Below, piece after piece: positions 61,525 through 64,000 of a DNA stretch of 64,000 nt. The notes under the pieces were generated by a model, which was not told the origin of the DNA, searched no databases, and saw only the letters and a program-made list of their open reading frames with translations. The DNA lies in contig NC_091478.1 in NCBI RefSeq assembly GCF_036971445.1, positions 95,852,001 to 95,916,000 on the forward strand. The letters run 5' to 3'. The DNA is from Narcine bancroftii. Lineage: Eukaryota. Each line of letters starts with the position of its first letter. Position 1 is the stretch's first letter. The translations under genes were made by a program, and so were the position numbers.

Positions 61525-63318
61525 CTGGATGAGACATATAAGGCAATCGAACAACTGAAAAGTGGCAAAGCAGCAGGTATGGATGGAATCCCCCCAGAAG
61601 TCTGGAAGGCTGGCGGCAAAACTCTGCATGCCAAACTGCATGAGTTTTTCAAGCTTTGTTGGGACCAAGGTAAACTGCCTCAGGATCTTCGTGATGCCAC
61701 CATCATCACCCTGTACAAAAACAAAGGCGAGAAATCAGACTGCTCAAACTACAGGGGAATCACGTTGCTCTCCATTGCAGGCAAAATCTTCGCTAGGATT
61801 CTACTAAATAGAATAATACCTAGTGTCGCTGAGAATATTCTCCCAGAATCACAGTGCGGCTTTCGCGCTAACAGAGGAACCACTGACATGGTCTTTGCCC
61901 TCAGACAGCTCCAAGAAAAGTGTAGAGAACAAAACAAAGGACTCTACATCACCTTTGTTGACCTCACCAAAGCCTTCGACACCGTGAGCAGGAAAGGGCT
62001 TTGGCAAATACTAGAGCGCATCGGATGTCCCCCAAAGTTCCTCAACATGATTATCCAACTGCACGAAAACCAACAAGGTCGGGTCAGATACAGCAATGAG
62101 CTCTCTGAACCCTTCTCCATTAACAATGGCGTGAAGCAAGGCTGTGTTCTCGCACCAACCCTCTTTTCAATCTTCTTCAGCATGATGCTGAACCAAGCCA
62201 TGAAAGACCCCAACAATGAAGACGCTGTTTACATCCGGTACCGCACGGATGGCAGTCTCTTCAATCTGAGGCGCCTGCAAGCTCACACCAAGACACAAGA
62301 GAAACTTGTCCGTGAACTACTCTTTGCAGATGATGCCGCTTTAGTTGCCCATTCAGAGCCAGCTCTTCAGCGCTTGACGTCCTGCTTTGCGGAAACTGCC
62401 AAAATGTTTGGCCTGGAAGTCAGCCTGAAGAAAACTGAGGTCCTCCATCAGCCAGCTCCCCACCATGACTACCAGCCCCCCCACATCTCCATCGGGCACA
62501 CAAAACTCAAAACGGTCAACCAGTTTACCTATCTCGGCTGCACCATTTCATCAGATGCAAGGATCGACAATGAGATAGACAACAGACTCGCCAAGGCAAA
62601 TAGCGCCTTTGGAAGACTACACAAAAGAGTCTGGAAAAACAACCAACTGAAAAACCTCACAAAGATAAGCGTATACAGAGCCGTTGTCATACCCACACTC
62701 CTGTTCGGCTCCGAATCATGGGTCCTCTACCGGCACCACCTACGGCTCCTAGAACGCTTCCACCAGCGTTGTCTCCGCTCCATCCTCAACATCCATTGGA
62801 GCGCTCACACCCCTAACGTCGAGGTACTCGAGATGGCAGAGGTCGACAGCATCGAGTCCACGCTGCTGAAGATCCAGCTGCGCTGGATGGGTCACGTCTC
62901 CAGAATGGAGGACCATCGCCTTCCCAAGATCGTATTATATGGCGAGCTCTCCACTGGCCACCGTGACAGAGGTGCACCAAAGAAAAGGTACAAGGACTGC
63001 CTAAAGAAATCTCTTGGTGCCTGCCACATTGACCACCGCCAGTGGGCTGATAACGCCTCAAACCGTGCATCTTGGCGCCTCACAGTTTGGCGGGCAGCAG
63101 CCTCCTTTGAAGAAGACCGCAGAGCCCACCTCACTGACAAAAGGCAAAGGAGGAAAAACCCAACACCCAACCCCAACCAACCAATTTTCCCTTGCAACCG
63201 CTGCAATCGTGTCTGCCTGTCCCGCATCGGACTGGTCAGCCACAAACGAGCCTGCAGCTGACGTGGACTTTTTACCCCCTCCATAAATCTTCGCCCGCGA
63301 AGCCAAGCCAAAGAAAAG
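61525..63318 (+). mobile_element. 5'-truncated RTE-clade LINE with uninterrupted RT ORF (stop at 63259-63261), in a TERB1 intron
   Basis: KAAGMDGIPPE, NYRGITLLS, FVDLTKAFD, GVKQGCVLAP, LFADD, YLG, C-terminal CxxC...HxxxC; 10-bp TSD agtagaggac (61515-61524, 63319-63328); endonuclease domain absent. Confidence 0.95.
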
Positions 63319-63404
63319 AGTAGAGGACAGTGCACATCCTTGAGGACAACATTAGAGTTGAGCTAATGAAGATGTTGCTACCCATCTTCATTGATTGCGT
63401 TCTG

Positions 63405-64000
63405 ATAGACAGGAATGCTAAGTAGCCAAGTTTGCGGATTATACCAAATTGAGTGGAAGAGCAAATTGCAATGAGGATGTGGAGAGTCTGCAGAGGGATA
63501 GAGTTAAGCTGGATGAGTGGGCAAAGGTCTGGCAGATGGAGTACAGTGTTAGTAAGTGTGAGGTTATCCACTTTGGCAAGAAAAATAAAAGAGCTGAATA
63601 TTATTTAAAGGGTGAAAAACAACAGCATGCTGTTGTGCAGAGGGACTTGAGAGGGCTTGTGCATGAATCGGAAAAAGTTAGGTTGCAGGTGCAGCAGGTT
63701 ATTAAGAAGGCAAATGGAATGTTGGCCTTCATCGCTAGAGGAATTGAATTCAGGAGTAGGGAGGTAATGTTGCAACTGTATAAGGTACTGATGAGACCGC
63801 ACCTGGAGTACTGTGTCCAGTTCTGGTCTCCAGGATATACTGGCTTTGGAGACGGTCCAGAGGAGGTTTACTAGGTTGATCCCTGGGATGAAGGGGTTGA
63901 CTTATGATGAAAGATTAAATTGTCTAGGATTGTATTCGCTCGAGTTCAGAAGAATGAGAGGAGATCTTATAGAAACATATAGGATTATGAAGGATATGGA
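63405..64000 (+). mobile_element. CR1 LINE RT fragment running off the window
   Basis: KFADYTKLSGRANCNEDVESLQRD...KCEVIHFG...RPHLEYCVQFWSP. Confidence 0.9.

Overview
Vertebrate genomic DNA, most likely a cartilaginous fish (shark/ray; HE1/V-SINE-type SINEs, CR1, Rex1, Penelope-type repeats). Three spliced genes were read by hand, in the order known from human 16q22. They are CA7 (minus strand, coding exons 1-2, continues off the left edge), the complete 20-exon NAE1/APPBP1 (plus strand, 14182-43731, 1629 nt CDS, 542 aa, all GT-AG and phase-consistent) and the first two coding exons of the meiotic telomere gene TERB1 (plus strand, 55862-55901 and 60235-60345), which the ORF track misses. All very long ORFs in the track except 61483-63261 are minisatellite artefacts. 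The rest is mostly transposon debris. I found no convincing new multi-gene system. Best leads: (1) each of the three CpG-rich 5' ends abuts its own unrelated 2-4 kb minisatellite, and the TERB1 one is a ~90-copy array of splice-site-like motifs; (2) a young, TSD-flanked, uninterrupted RTE LINE resembling the horizontally transferred AviRTE group, plus a ~51-bp sibling; (3) degenerate Penelope-type hammerhead ribozyme motifs; (4) inverted LTR copies bracketing NAE1 exons 8-11. Homology calls come from recalled sequences, not database searches, and repeat boundaries without TSDs are approximate.
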